From the NCBI RefSeq assembly GCF_006345805.1, contig NW_021825414.1:1-15797 (forward strand): 15,797 bases of DNA. The letters are read 5' to 3'. The notes beneath the pieces were generated by a model that did no database searches, was not told the origin of the DNA, and saw only the letters and a program-made list of their open reading frames with translations. A program made the position numbers and the translations under genes. This document shows positions 1-8,340 of this stretch, in pieces (position 1 is the first letter of the stretch; every line of letters begins with the position of its first letter). This DNA is from Octopus sinensis. Its lineage: Eukaryota.

Positions 1-347
1 TGTAATTTCTTAGGGGTTCCTCCGCCCCACCACCATCCAATGTTGAAGTTTATAGATATACAGTTTTCGAAATTCTATTGTTTATTTGGCTTATTATGAA
101 AGTCTCCATAATCAAAATAAAATACCAACTGTTTTTTTTTTCAATCACGAAAGTCAAATTACAAATAAAAGGAGTTTTTGCTTTTGTGTAGCCCTTTTTT
201 ATGGAATTATTCATAAATAGATGATGCAGGGTGTGGTTTTTAATTTTTAAAAGTTAATATTTGAATATCTTTAATGTTCTGCACAGCACATAAACGTTGG
301 GAGGTTGAGATTAAAATAACGTTTACTTCAGAAAGTACAAAAAAATT

Positions 348-433
348 ACACACACATACACACACACACAAACACACACACACAAACACACACATACACA
401 CACATGCACGCACATATACGCACATATATATAT
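348..433. repeat. (CA)n/(TA)n microsatellite
   Basis: Direct reading of ACACAC.../TATATA runs. Confidence 0.95.
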
Positions 434-441
434 TGAGTTAA

Positions 442-670
442 GGCGGCGAGCTGGCAGAAACGCTAGCACGCCGGGCGAAATGCTTAGCCGTATTTCGTCT
501 GTCGTTACGTTCCGAGTTCAAATTCCGCCGAGGTCGACTTTGCCTTTCATCCTTTCGGGGTCGATAAATTAAGTACCAGTTACGCACTGGGGTCGATATA
601 ATCGACTTAATTCGTTTGTCTGTCCTTGTTTGTCCCCTTTGTGTTTAGCCCCTTGTGGGTAGTAGAGAAA
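442..670 (+). mobile_element. tRNA-derived SINE family A, full length, tail type 1, with 16-bp TSD
   Basis: A-box-like head GGCGGCGAGCTGGCAGAA at 442, B-box-like GAGTTCAAATTC at 514-525, and a core shared with many copies in the window. Identical flanking repeats ATATATATATTGAGTT at 424-439 and 678-693. Confidence 0.92.
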
Positions 671-686
671 TATATATATATATATA

Positions 687-943
687 TTGAGTTGTCAGGT
701 AAATTCATTTGATTCACGCCACCCCACTGCTTGGCACTCCAACGTCATATATCATATTTTTCCTCTTTTTAGAGGTAAAATTTATTCAAATTTCAAAATC
801 AATGCAGAAGAAGAGTTACAAACACAAAACAAAATAAAACAAAAACGATAATAATATTTATCCCGTTAATTCGATGAACATTGAAAAGGTTATAAAATTT
901 TGAAAATAGAGAAATGAAACAACGTATTTATCTGACAACCTAA
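687..943. mobile_element. MITE-like element with terminal inverted repeats (Tc1/mariner-like)
   Basis: GTTGTCAGGTAAAT (691-704) matches the reverse complement of 926-939 (GTTGTCAGATAAAT) at 13/14, and 15/18 when extended to 687/943. It sits in TA-rich flanks. The TTAGGTTG-type end resembles mariner TIRs (inference). Confidence 0.6.
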
Positions 944-1354
944 AATATATATGTGTGTGTATGTGTGAATTTAAACTGTGGAATAGAAATCTTCAGAAAT
1001 GTCTTCCAATTTCAGCCTCCTAGAAACGAACCCTTTTTCAACAATATTCCATGACACGTGCTAAAACACCTTAATCCTTCGTTTAATAATCTACCTCTAC
1101 CATGTTTAAGGTGAATAAACTCCCAGGTTTTCCTTGATTACTCAGAAGGAAGTAGATTTGACGATGAATAGTTATTTCAAAATAGTTTGAAAGTATAGAA
1201 AGGAGTTTTGTGTCTCGCTAAATAAGAGCTGACGTTTGGCGAAGATCCGTATAGCGTCAGATAAAACGGTTGCAGACGATAGATATTGGCAGAAGATCGG
1301 TCAAAATGACAGCGAATGTAAGAATTTGGTAGAAGTCTGGACAAAATGGAAACG

Positions 1355-1444
1355 AGTGGTAGAAATTGGTTGAGACACGTTCAAAATATTTTGTATAACT
1401 TGCAGCCCTTTGCATTCTGGGTTCGAATTTGCCTTTCATCCTTT
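1355..1444 (+). mobile_element. Old, internally deleted SINE-A-related fragment
   Basis: TTCTGGGTTCGAATT (B-box-like) is joined directly to TGCCTTTCATCCTTT, a core motif of family A. The intervening CCGCCGAGGTCGACTT is missing. Confidence 0.55.
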
Positions 1445-1446
1445 AC

Positions 1447-1448
<2 letters not shown>

Positions 1449-1489
<41 letters not shown>

Positions 1490-1572
1490 CCAACAAATCT
1501 ATATATATACAATTGGAATTTTTCATATACAATGTTATGCATAAAATTATGTATGTATGTATATATATATTA

Positions 1573-1613
<41 letters not shown>
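1449..1613. repeat. (TA)n microsatellite cluster
   Basis: Direct reading. Confidence 0.95.
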
Positions 1614-1617
<4 letters not shown>

Positions 1618-2033
1618 CACTACAGTATCTGTAGCTATTTAGTTTTTTTATTTATAAAATATTTTGTGAAGAACATGTAAATAACCAGTTCGTCTTTTAT
1701 TTATACTTTAAAATATTCCTTATGAAGAATTTCACGAAATGTATTCTTTCTCAGACTAACACAAAACACTGATATTAATTACACCTTAATACATCTACTT
1801 GGAATTAATGAGCTCTTCAATGAACGGGATGGAGGGAGGGTGATAAAATAAAGAATCAGCCAAGTAGTAGATACCATGCAACAATCAACTGATTCCCTCC
1901 CCACTCTCCCTCCAGTCAAAATGATCGATGAACCGGAATACCTAATGATCAAGTAGTTATATCAGTTTATCCTATTTATCCCTTTTGTGGCAGTACGTGG
2001 AGTAAATTAATTTATTAAAGGAGGAGCATAAGC

Positions 2034-2094
2034 AGGAGGAGGAGGAGGGGGAGAAGAAGGAGAAGAAGAAGAAGAAGAAGAAGAAGAAGAAGAA
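2034..2094 (+). repeat. (GGA)n-(GAA)n compound microsatellite
   Basis: Direct reading. Confidence 0.95.
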
Positions 2095-2105
2095 ATAATG
2101 ATAAT

Positions 2106-2294
2106 GCTTTCAAATATTGCGACAACGGCAGCCATTTTGGTGGAGGGAATGTGTCGATTAGATCGGCTCCAGTGTCCAACTGGTACTTAATTTATCGACC
2201 CGGAAGGATGAAAGGCAAAGTCGACATCGGCGAAATTTGAACTCAGAACGTAGCGGCAGACGAAATACTGCTAGCCATTTCACCCGGCGTTCTA
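2106..2294 (-). mobile_element. SINE family A, tail type 3, slightly 5'-truncated, with ~19-bp TSD
   Basis: Reverse complement of the family A core (GGATGAAAGGCAAAGTCGAC...ATTTGAACTCAGAACGT). Flanked by AAGAAGAAATAATgATAAT (2087-2105) and AAGAAGAAATAATaATAAT (2295-2313), 18/19 identical but low complexity. Confidence 0.88.
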
Positions 2295-2316
2295 AAGAAG
2301 AAATAATAATAATAAT

Positions 2317-2531
2317 ATTCTTTTCTACTCTCGGCACAAGGTCCGAAATACTGGGGGAGAGGACCAGTCGATTAGATCGACCCCAGTACGCAACTGATAC
2401 TTAATTTGTCAACCCCGAAAGGATGAAAGGCAAAGTCGACTCCAGCGGAATTTGAACTCAGAACATAAAGGCTAACGAAATACCGCTTAGCATTTAGTCC
2501 GACTTGCTAACGATTCTGCCAGTTCACTGCC
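2317..2531 (-). mobile_element. SINE family A, tail type 2, full length, in (TAA)n
   Basis: Complete reverse-complement head (TTCTGCCAGTTCACTGCC ending 2531), core and tail ATTCTTTTCTACTCTCGGCACAAGG, with (TAA)n on both sides. Confidence 0.9.
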
Positions 2532-2547
2532 TTAATAATAATAATGC

Positions 2548-2600
<53 letters not shown>
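2532..2600 (+). repeat. (TAA)n microsatellite
   Basis: Direct reading. Confidence 0.95.
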
Positions 2601-2694
2601 GCCTACCAATGTATACTATGAGTTTCTTTGCCCTAGGAGTCGGGAAGACACTCGGCAAGAAATGGAAGCAAATTTGAAAGAAGAAGAAAAACCC
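2601..2694 (+). mobile_element. Unclassified 94-bp island in (TAA)n; possible 3' end of a heavily 5'-truncated TAA-associated retroelement
   Basis: Non-repetitive island bounded by (TAA)n on both sides and ending in an A-rich run before TAA, like the LINE end at 3933. Identity and orientation are inferred only. Confidence 0.35.
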
Positions 2695-2732
2695 ATAATA
2701 ATAATAATAATGATGATGATGATGATGATGAT

Positions 2733-2870
2733 ATTCATTTCAAATTTTTGCGAAAGGCCAGCAATTTCAGAGGATGGGTAAGTTGATTACCAGTGTTACC
2801 AGTGTTCAACTGGTATTTATTTCATCGACCCGAAAGGATAAAAGGCAAAATCGACCTCAGCGGAATTTGA
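2733..2870 (-). mobile_element. SINE family A, tail type 3, 5'-truncated at the B box
   Basis: Reverse-complement core GAAAGGATAAAAGGCAAAATCGACCTCAGCGGAATTTGA ends at 2870. It contains a small CCAGTGTTA duplication. Confidence 0.85.
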
Positions 2871-2907
2871 TGAATATAAGCCTACTGAAGTAGAAGAAAA
2901 TGTGGAG

Positions 2908-3013
2908 GGTACACGTGTTTGTGGAGTGCTCAGCCACTTGCACGTTAATTTCACGAGCAGGCTGTTCTGCTGATCGGATCAACTGGAACCCTCGTGGTTG
3001 TAACTGACGCAGT
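2908..3013. other. 106-bp foreign segment replacing about 16 codons of the RLE fragment
   Basis: It lies where the ILWD...D motif is expected by comparison with the second LINE in the window (13449-13944). There is no TSD, and the right junction has GCC microhomology. Confidence 0.55.
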
Positions 3014-3347
3014 GCCAACTGACCAGGTATTGTGGTTAAAAATCACGTTGACAAAACATTTCTGCTCATAGATTCGTCAATTCCAGCAGATTGCAACACC
3101 TCTGTAAAGAAAAATAAGAAAAACAGAAATTTAGGTAAATATATGAACCTAGAAACATAGATCTCAAAGATGTGGCCTCTACGAACACCTGTACCTGTGA
3201 TCCTTGACGCTTTGAGGACAATACCAAATGGTGGCCTTAAACACTGTAGCTAAATACCAGAAAGTCCCTAGTCCCTAGACATCAATTATTTTCATGTGTA
3301 CTGCGTACATCCTGAGAAAAAAATATTGTCAACTTTAAAACTGAAAT

Positions 3348-3643
3348 ATTCTTTTCTACTCTAGGCACAAGGCCAGAAATTTTGGGGGAGTCAGACAGTC
3401 GATTAGATCTACCCCAGTACGCAACTGTTGCTTAATTTATCGACCCCGAAGGGATGAAAGGCAAAGTCGACCTCGGCGGAATTTGAACTCAGAACGTAAC
3501 GGCAGACGAAATACCTATTTCTTTACTACCCACAAGGGGCTAAACACAGAGAGGACAAACAAGGACAGACAAACGGATTAAGTCAGACGAAATACTGCTA
3601 AGCATTTCATCCGGCGTGCTAACGATTCTGCAAGCTCGACGCC
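3348..3643 (-). mobile_element. SINE family A, tail type 2, full length, interrupted by a nested insertion; first unit of a dimer
   Basis: Tail ATTCTTTTCTACTCTAGGCACAAGG at 3348; head TTCTGCAAGCTCGACGCC ends at 3643. Confidence 0.9.
3515..3583 (-). mobile_element. 5'-truncated SINE-A type-1 tail nested in the type-2 copy, with 12-bp TSD
   Basis: Its reverse complement matches 605-672 at 64/68. Flanked by CAGACGAAATAC at 3503-3514 and 3584-3595. Confidence 0.9.
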
Positions 3644-3650
3644 TAAAAAT

Positions 3651-3775
3651 ATTCTTTTCTACTCTAGGCACAAGACCAGAAATTTTGAGCGAGTGGGTCA
3701 GTCGATTAGATCGACCTTAGTACGCAACTGGTACTTAATTTATCGACCCTGAAGGGATGAAAGGCAAAGTCGACC
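3651..3775 (-). mobile_element. SINE family A, tail type 2, 5'-truncated; second unit of the dimer
   Basis: Ungapped 113/125 match to 3348-3472. The whole dimer is bracketed by TTTAAAACTGAAAT at 3334-3347 and 3779-3792. Confidence 0.9.
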
Positions 3776-3933
3776 ACGTTTAAAACTGAAATTTTGCAAT
3801 TTCAACAGGCTCTTAGTTCTCGAACACTGCTAATCATAAATAACCATAAACCAACCCATAGAAAATCATGCAACTTGCTACCACTTGAAGTTCCTGGGTG
3901 AAAGATGGAACCGCTCGCCTAAAACAAAGCAAC

Positions 3934-3941
3934 AATAATTC

Positions 3942-4004
<63 letters not shown>

Positions 4005-4092
4005 TGATGATGATGGTGATGATGATGATGATGATGATAACAACAATAAAAATAATAATAATAATAATAACAACAACAACAACAACAACAAC

Positions 4093-4140
<48 letters not shown>
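3934..4140 (+). repeat. (TAA)n-(TGA)n-(CAA)n-(TAA)n compound microsatellite
   Basis: Direct reading. Confidence 0.95.
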
Positions 4141-4332
4141 CTTTTCTGCTTAAGGTACAAGGCCTAACATTTTGGAGGAGGTGCTAGTCTATTAATTGTA
4201 CTTATTTTATCGACCCCGAAAAGAAGAAAGGTAAAGTCAACCTCGGCGGAATTTGAACTCAGAACGTAAAGGCGGACAAAATGTCACCAAACATCTCGCC
4301 TGGCGTGCAAACGATTCTGTCAGCTCGCCGCC
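4139..4332 (-). mobile_element. SINE family A, tail type 2, with internal deletion
   Basis: Head CTGTCAGCTCGCCGCC ends at 4332 and the B-box region GGAATTTGAACTCAGAAC is present. The hairpin region is deleted. Confidence 0.88.
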
Positions 4333-4386
4333 TTAATAATGATGATGATGAGGATGATGATGATGATGATGATGGTGATGTTGATG

Positions 4387-4456
<70 letters not shown>

Positions 4457-4519
4457 AAATGATGAAAATAATAATAATAATAATAATAATATAATAATAA
4501 TGATAATGATAATGATGAA

Positions 4520-4559
<40 letters not shown>

Positions 4560-4580
4560 TAATAATAATAATAATAATAA
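4333..4580 (+). repeat. (TAA)n/(TGA)n compound microsatellite
   Basis: Direct reading. Confidence 0.95.
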
Positions 4581-4695
4581 TGGTTTCAACTTTTTGCCAC
4601 AAGGGCATCAAAATTGGTGGGAGGGCATAAGGGGATTAAATCGACCCCAGTGTTCAAATGGTACTTATTTTATCGATCCCGAAAGGATGAAGGAA
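4579..4695 (-). mobile_element. SINE family A, tail type 3, 5'-truncated
   Basis: TCGACCCCAGTGTTCAAATGGTACTTATTTTATCGATCCCGAAAGGATGAAGG matches the family core. Confidence 0.85.
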
Positions 4696-4908
4696 AGAAA
4701 GACAAATAAAAAGGGGGAAGGCGGGAGAAAAGGGAAGAGAGAAAAACAGAAAGACAGAAATAAGCGAGAAAGGGGAGAAGGAGGTGGGAGACAAGCAGGA
4801 GAGAGGGGGAGAAAGAAAAATGAGAATGATAAGGAAGAGAGAGAGAGATATGGGCGAGGTAGAAGAGACAGGAAAGAGGAGAGAAAGGAAGAGAGAAAGG
4901 AAGAAAAA
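4696..4908 (+). repeat. GA-rich polypurine low-complexity tract
   Basis: About 210 nt composed almost entirely of A and G. Confidence 0.9.
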
Positions 4909-4912
4909 ATAT

Positions 4913-5326
4913 ATACTCTTTTTTACTCTTTTACTTGTTTCAGTCATTTGACTGCGGCCATGCTGGAGCACCGCCTTTAGTCGAGCAAATCGACCCCGGG
5001 ACTTATTCTTTGTAAGCCCAGTACTTATTCTATCGGTCTCTCTTTTGCCGAACCGCTAAGTGACGGGGACGTAAACACACCAGCATCGGTTGTCAAGCAA
5101 TGCCAGAGGCACAAACACAGACACAGAAACATACACGCACATACATATATATATACATATATACGACGGGCTTCTTTCAGTTTCCGTCTACCAAATCCAC
5201 TCACAAGGCTTTGGTCGGCCCGAGGCTATAGCAGAAGACACTTGCCCAAGATGCCACGCAGTGGGACTGAACCCAGAACCATGTGGTTGGTTAGCAAGCT
5301 ACTTACCACACAGACACTCCTGCGCC
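4913..5326 (-). mobile_element. tRNA-derived SINE family B, full length
   Basis: The minus strand reads GGCGCAGGAGTGTCTGTGTGGTAAG (A-box-like), then GGGTTCAGTCCC (B-box-like), an internal (TA)(TG) tract and an (AAGAGTA)-type tail. It is colinear with 14825-15244. Confidence 0.92.
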
Positions 5327-5679
5327 TGATGTCGTTCATCTTTGTACATCAGTGTCTAAATTCTATTTCCACTACCACCCCACTACAATTACCACTCATA
5401 CACAACTTTCAACTTCCTGCCATTCTCGTCAATGCTCTGAATGTATGCTAAAAGGTTTCTCGTCCGCAATATATCTCGGCCATTCTTCTACTCTTCCCAT
5501 TATTCTCTTCCCAACACAGCGTTATGCCGCCGTCAAAGAAAGTCTTTTACCTATTAATTCTACACAAGACTTTTATTTCCCAAAAGTCTTAGCACTCACA
5601 TACCAAACAAAGGAAACTAATCTTCATAGATTTTCATTATCGTTGTTATTTTTTTTCTTATTTTGTTCTTTTGCTATTT

Positions 5680-5698
5680 GTCTTTCTCCTTCTCTTTC

Positions 5699-5735
<37 letters not shown>

Positions 5736-5760
5736 ATCTTTCTCTCTCTGTCTTTCTTTC
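5680..5760 (+). repeat. (CT)n-rich polypyrimidine tract
   Basis: Direct reading. Confidence 0.9.
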
Positions 5761-5911
5761 ACTCTCATAACAGTAAGTCATTTGAAGTCGACAGAAACGC
5801 TGGAAATGTACCAAAGTGTTTCTCTGCTACTGCTACTACTACTACTTCATCCTCTTCACCTCCTCATCCTCTTTTTTCTTATTCTTTCCATCACCTTCAT
5901 TATCATCATCA

Positions 5912-6007
5912 TTACTACTACTACTACTACTACTACTAATACTACTAATACTACTACAATTACTACCACTACTACTACTACTAATACTACTAATACTACT
6001 ACAATTA

Positions 6008-6041
<34 letters not shown>

Positions 6042-6234
6042 AATTACTACTACTACAATTACTACTACTACTACTACTACAATTACTACTACTACAATTA
6101 CTATTACTACTACAATTACTACTACTACAACAATTACTATTACTACTACAATTACAACTACTACTACAATTACTACTACTACTACTACAACAACAACTAC
6201 TACTACTACTTCTATTACTACAATTACTACTACT
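5912..6234 (+). repeat. (ACT)n microsatellite with variant units and a 45-bp internal duplication
   Basis: The unit AATACTACTAATACTACTACAATTACTACC(ACT)5 starts at 5938 and again at 5983, followed by recurring ACAATT variants. Confidence 0.92.
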
Positions 6235-6436
6235 GATCAACCAGTTGCCATGCTTGATCGCTAAATCAACAAGTTTTTTATCCATTCACTCTCTGTCTAT
6301 TTTCTCTTATTCCTTTCTGTTGAAGAGCTTAGGCTCGAAACATAAAAATCTTTCCCACTTTCCCGAATGTCAAACTAAAACACCTGCTTGTTGTTTACAC
6401 ACCTGTCTTCATCTTCTGTTTTTCTGTAAATTTCTA

Positions 6437-6451
6437 CAACTACTACTACTA

Positions 6452-6492
<41 letters not shown>

Positions 6493-6507
6493 ACTACTAT
6501 TATTATT
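6437..6507 (+). repeat. (CTA)n-(CTG)n-(CTA)-(TTA)n compound microsatellite
   Basis: Direct reading. Confidence 0.93.
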
Positions 6508-6509
6508 AA

Positions 6510-6685
6510 GGAGGTAGAATCTTTAGGGAATCGAGCAAGAAAGTTTACCGTTATTTCTTCTGACTCGTTTGCCTTTCATTTGTTTCGGATAGATGAAATA
6601 GGTACCAGTAACAAACTGGGGTCGATGTAATCGATTATTTTCCTCCCCCAAACTCTCAGGCTTTGTGCTTTCCGTAGAAAGAGTT

Positions 6686-6686
<1 letters not shown>
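6510..6686 (+). mobile_element. Old SINE family A, tail type 2, with deletions in the head and B box
   Basis: TTTGCCTTTCAT...GGTACCAGTAACAAACTGGGGTCGATGTAATCGAT...CAGGCTTTGTGC...GTAGAAAGAG, followed by (CAT)n(TAT)n. Confidence 0.82.
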
Positions 6687-6763
<77 letters not shown>

Positions 6764-6774
6764 TTTTATTACTA

Positions 6775-6868
<94 letters not shown>

Positions 6869-6890
6869 TATTATTATTATTATTATTATT
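6684..6890 (+). repeat. (CAT)n-(TAT)n compound microsatellite
   Basis: Direct reading. Confidence 0.95.
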
Positions 6891-6892
6891 AA

Positions 6893-6948
6893 GGCTGTGA
6901 GCAAGCTGGACGTAATGCTTAGCTGTATTTCGCCCGTCGCTACGTTCT
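6893..6948 (+). mobile_element. SINE family A head fragment, 3' part lost
   Basis: AATGCTTAGCTGTATTTCGCCCGTCGCTACGTTCT matches 479-512. Confidence 0.75.
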
Positions 6949-6952
6949 ATAA

Positions 6953-7010
6953 GTATGTATGTATGTATGTATGTATGTATGAATGTATGTATGTATGTAT
7001 GTATGTGTAT
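6953..7010 (+). repeat. (TATG)n microsatellite
   Basis: Direct reading. Confidence 0.95.
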
Positions 7011-7258
7011 GTGTGGGCGTATATGTGTGTAATTATATGTATAAAAAATACATGTGTATATTCGCCGAGCGCCAAGAAGACTGCTAGCAGATGGGCAGCG
7101 GTCACGTAACTGGTCATCAATTCTTCCACACATAACTCTGAACTTCGGAGAACACAGCCCTAAGGGCAAGCCCTCTTAAAACCTACTTCCGTTATTTTTC
7201 AATATTATTGAATCAGAGGAACATAAAGCTTAGGTTGAAAATAGTCATTCGGGTGATC

Positions 7259-7472
7259 CTTCGGTATAGGTACATACGTGACTTTGTTTACATTTCTGAA
7301 GATAACAGAAACCCTTTTCTCCCACCCCTAACCCTAACACTAACCCTAACACAAACCCTAACCTTAACCCTAACCCTAACACAAACCCTAACCCTAACCC
7401 TAACCCCCTCCCCCATATATAAAAAAACACTTTCTTGAAATGTATCCGGTACTTCCGGTACTTATACCGAAG
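7259..7472. mobile_element. Inverted-repeat-bounded element carrying a telomeric repeat array (MITE, foldback or HINE-like; class uncertain)
   Basis: CTTCGGTATAGGTAC (7259-7273) matches the reverse complement of 7458-7472 at 14/15. The true termini may lie further out. Confidence 0.5.
7326..7406 (-). repeat. Interstitial telomere-type (TTAGGG)n array
   Basis: 13 in-phase hexamers at 7326-7403, of which 9 are perfect CCCTAA. The variant CACAAA occurs at units 5 and 10 (30-bp period). Confidence 0.95.
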
Positions 7473-7824
7473 TTACGCCGTCATTTGTTTTGTATCACTA
7501 TCAGCCATTTTACTAGTAGTCGTAGAATTAACAATGGTAGTCGTATAAGCTTTCATAGAAAGTAGGTTAGAATAGTAGTACCAGCTACAGTAGTGGGTAA
7601 TGTAGAATATCAGTTGCTATTGTAGAGGGATTTGTAGAAAGAGGGGTGAAACACTGTTCGTTTTGTGTCGTTAATGACGTACAAGGTAATGGCGGAAAAG
7701 ATATTCTTGAGGGTCAAAATGGTGGGAAAAGATAGTAATAAGTTCGGGCAGGATATTTGAATTGTGGTGGGGTAAGTGGAATTATGTTGACAGTTACCCT
7801 GAATATACACATACTAACAAGGAT

Positions 7825-8120
7825 ATATATATATATATATAATATTATATAGTCTAATGACTAATTGTTTTTTTTTGTGCTAGGCCACTGGTAATAATAA
7901 TTTATTATTACTCTATTTTATTATGTATATATTTTAATATATATATATATACATATATGTGTACGTATAAACATATACGTACACGTATATGTACGTATAT
8001 ATTTATACGTACATACATATATATATATATCTGTATGTATACATATATATTTATTTAATATATGTATATACACTTATACACACTCTATACACACTATAAT
8101 ATAAACACACACATATATGT

Positions 8121-8163
<43 letters not shown>

Positions 8164-8340
8164 GCATTTTGTAATTGGTTACTTTAATTCAAGATGCCAT
8201 TCAAATACAAGATTAACAAGCAAAATTATATATGAAAATGTGTGTATGTATGTGTGAGTTTGTATAAACACACACACATACACACACGCACACAAACAAA
8301 CACACACATAGACACACAAACAAAGACACACACACGCACG
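7825..8340. repeat. (TA)n/(TG)n/(CA)n low-complexity region
   Basis: Direct reading. Confidence 0.9.

Larger units (their letters stand above)
2871..3933 (+). pseudogene. Decayed 3' fragment of an RLE-type (R4/Dong-like) non-LTR retrotransposon: endonuclease domain, 3' UTR and (TAA)n tail; interrupted at 2908-3013 and 3348-3778
   Basis: My translation: 2872-2907 EYKPTEVEENVE; from 3014 AN*PGIVVKNHVDKTFLLIDSSIPADCNTSVKK...KYMNLET*ISKMWPLRTPVPVILDALRTI; then a frameshift to ...IIFMCTAYILRK. This fits the RPD..D..K..KY...W...VP(I/V)I.GALG...GTA.ILR pattern of PD-(D/E)xK RLE domains. Several stops are present. Confidence 0.8.

Noticed and set aside
3834-4611. Poly-L/N/I/Y/H ORFs, and similar ones at 1346-1680, 6523-6904, 9210-9488, 10374-11097, 12302-13355 and 13901-14113
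   Set aside because: They are translations of stop-free frames of microsatellites, with no domain content or splice context.
4594-4980. 128-aa K/E/R-rich ORF
   Set aside because: It is a SINE fragment plus the polypurine tract plus a SINE tail.
5090-5329. Apparent paralogous ORF pair MSSNARGTNTDT... (also 14858-15061)
   Set aside because: These are antisense readings of two copies of the same SINE (family B).
5671-6517. Thr-rich mucin-like ORF (197 aa) and overlapping Leu/Gln-rich and Ser/Cys-rich ORFs
   Set aside because: All arise from the (ACT)n array, which is open in several frames on both strands; the flanks are CT and CAT repeats.
7326-7406. True telomere or chromosome-fusion scar
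   Set aside because: The array is short, single-orientation and degenerate, lies within inverted repeats, and has no head-to-head TTAGGG/CCCTAA junction.
5330-7810. Possible inverted homology between 5330-5560 and 7560-7810
   Set aside because: I see only compositional similarity (C-rich versus G-rich) and scattered short matches; a real alignment would be needed.
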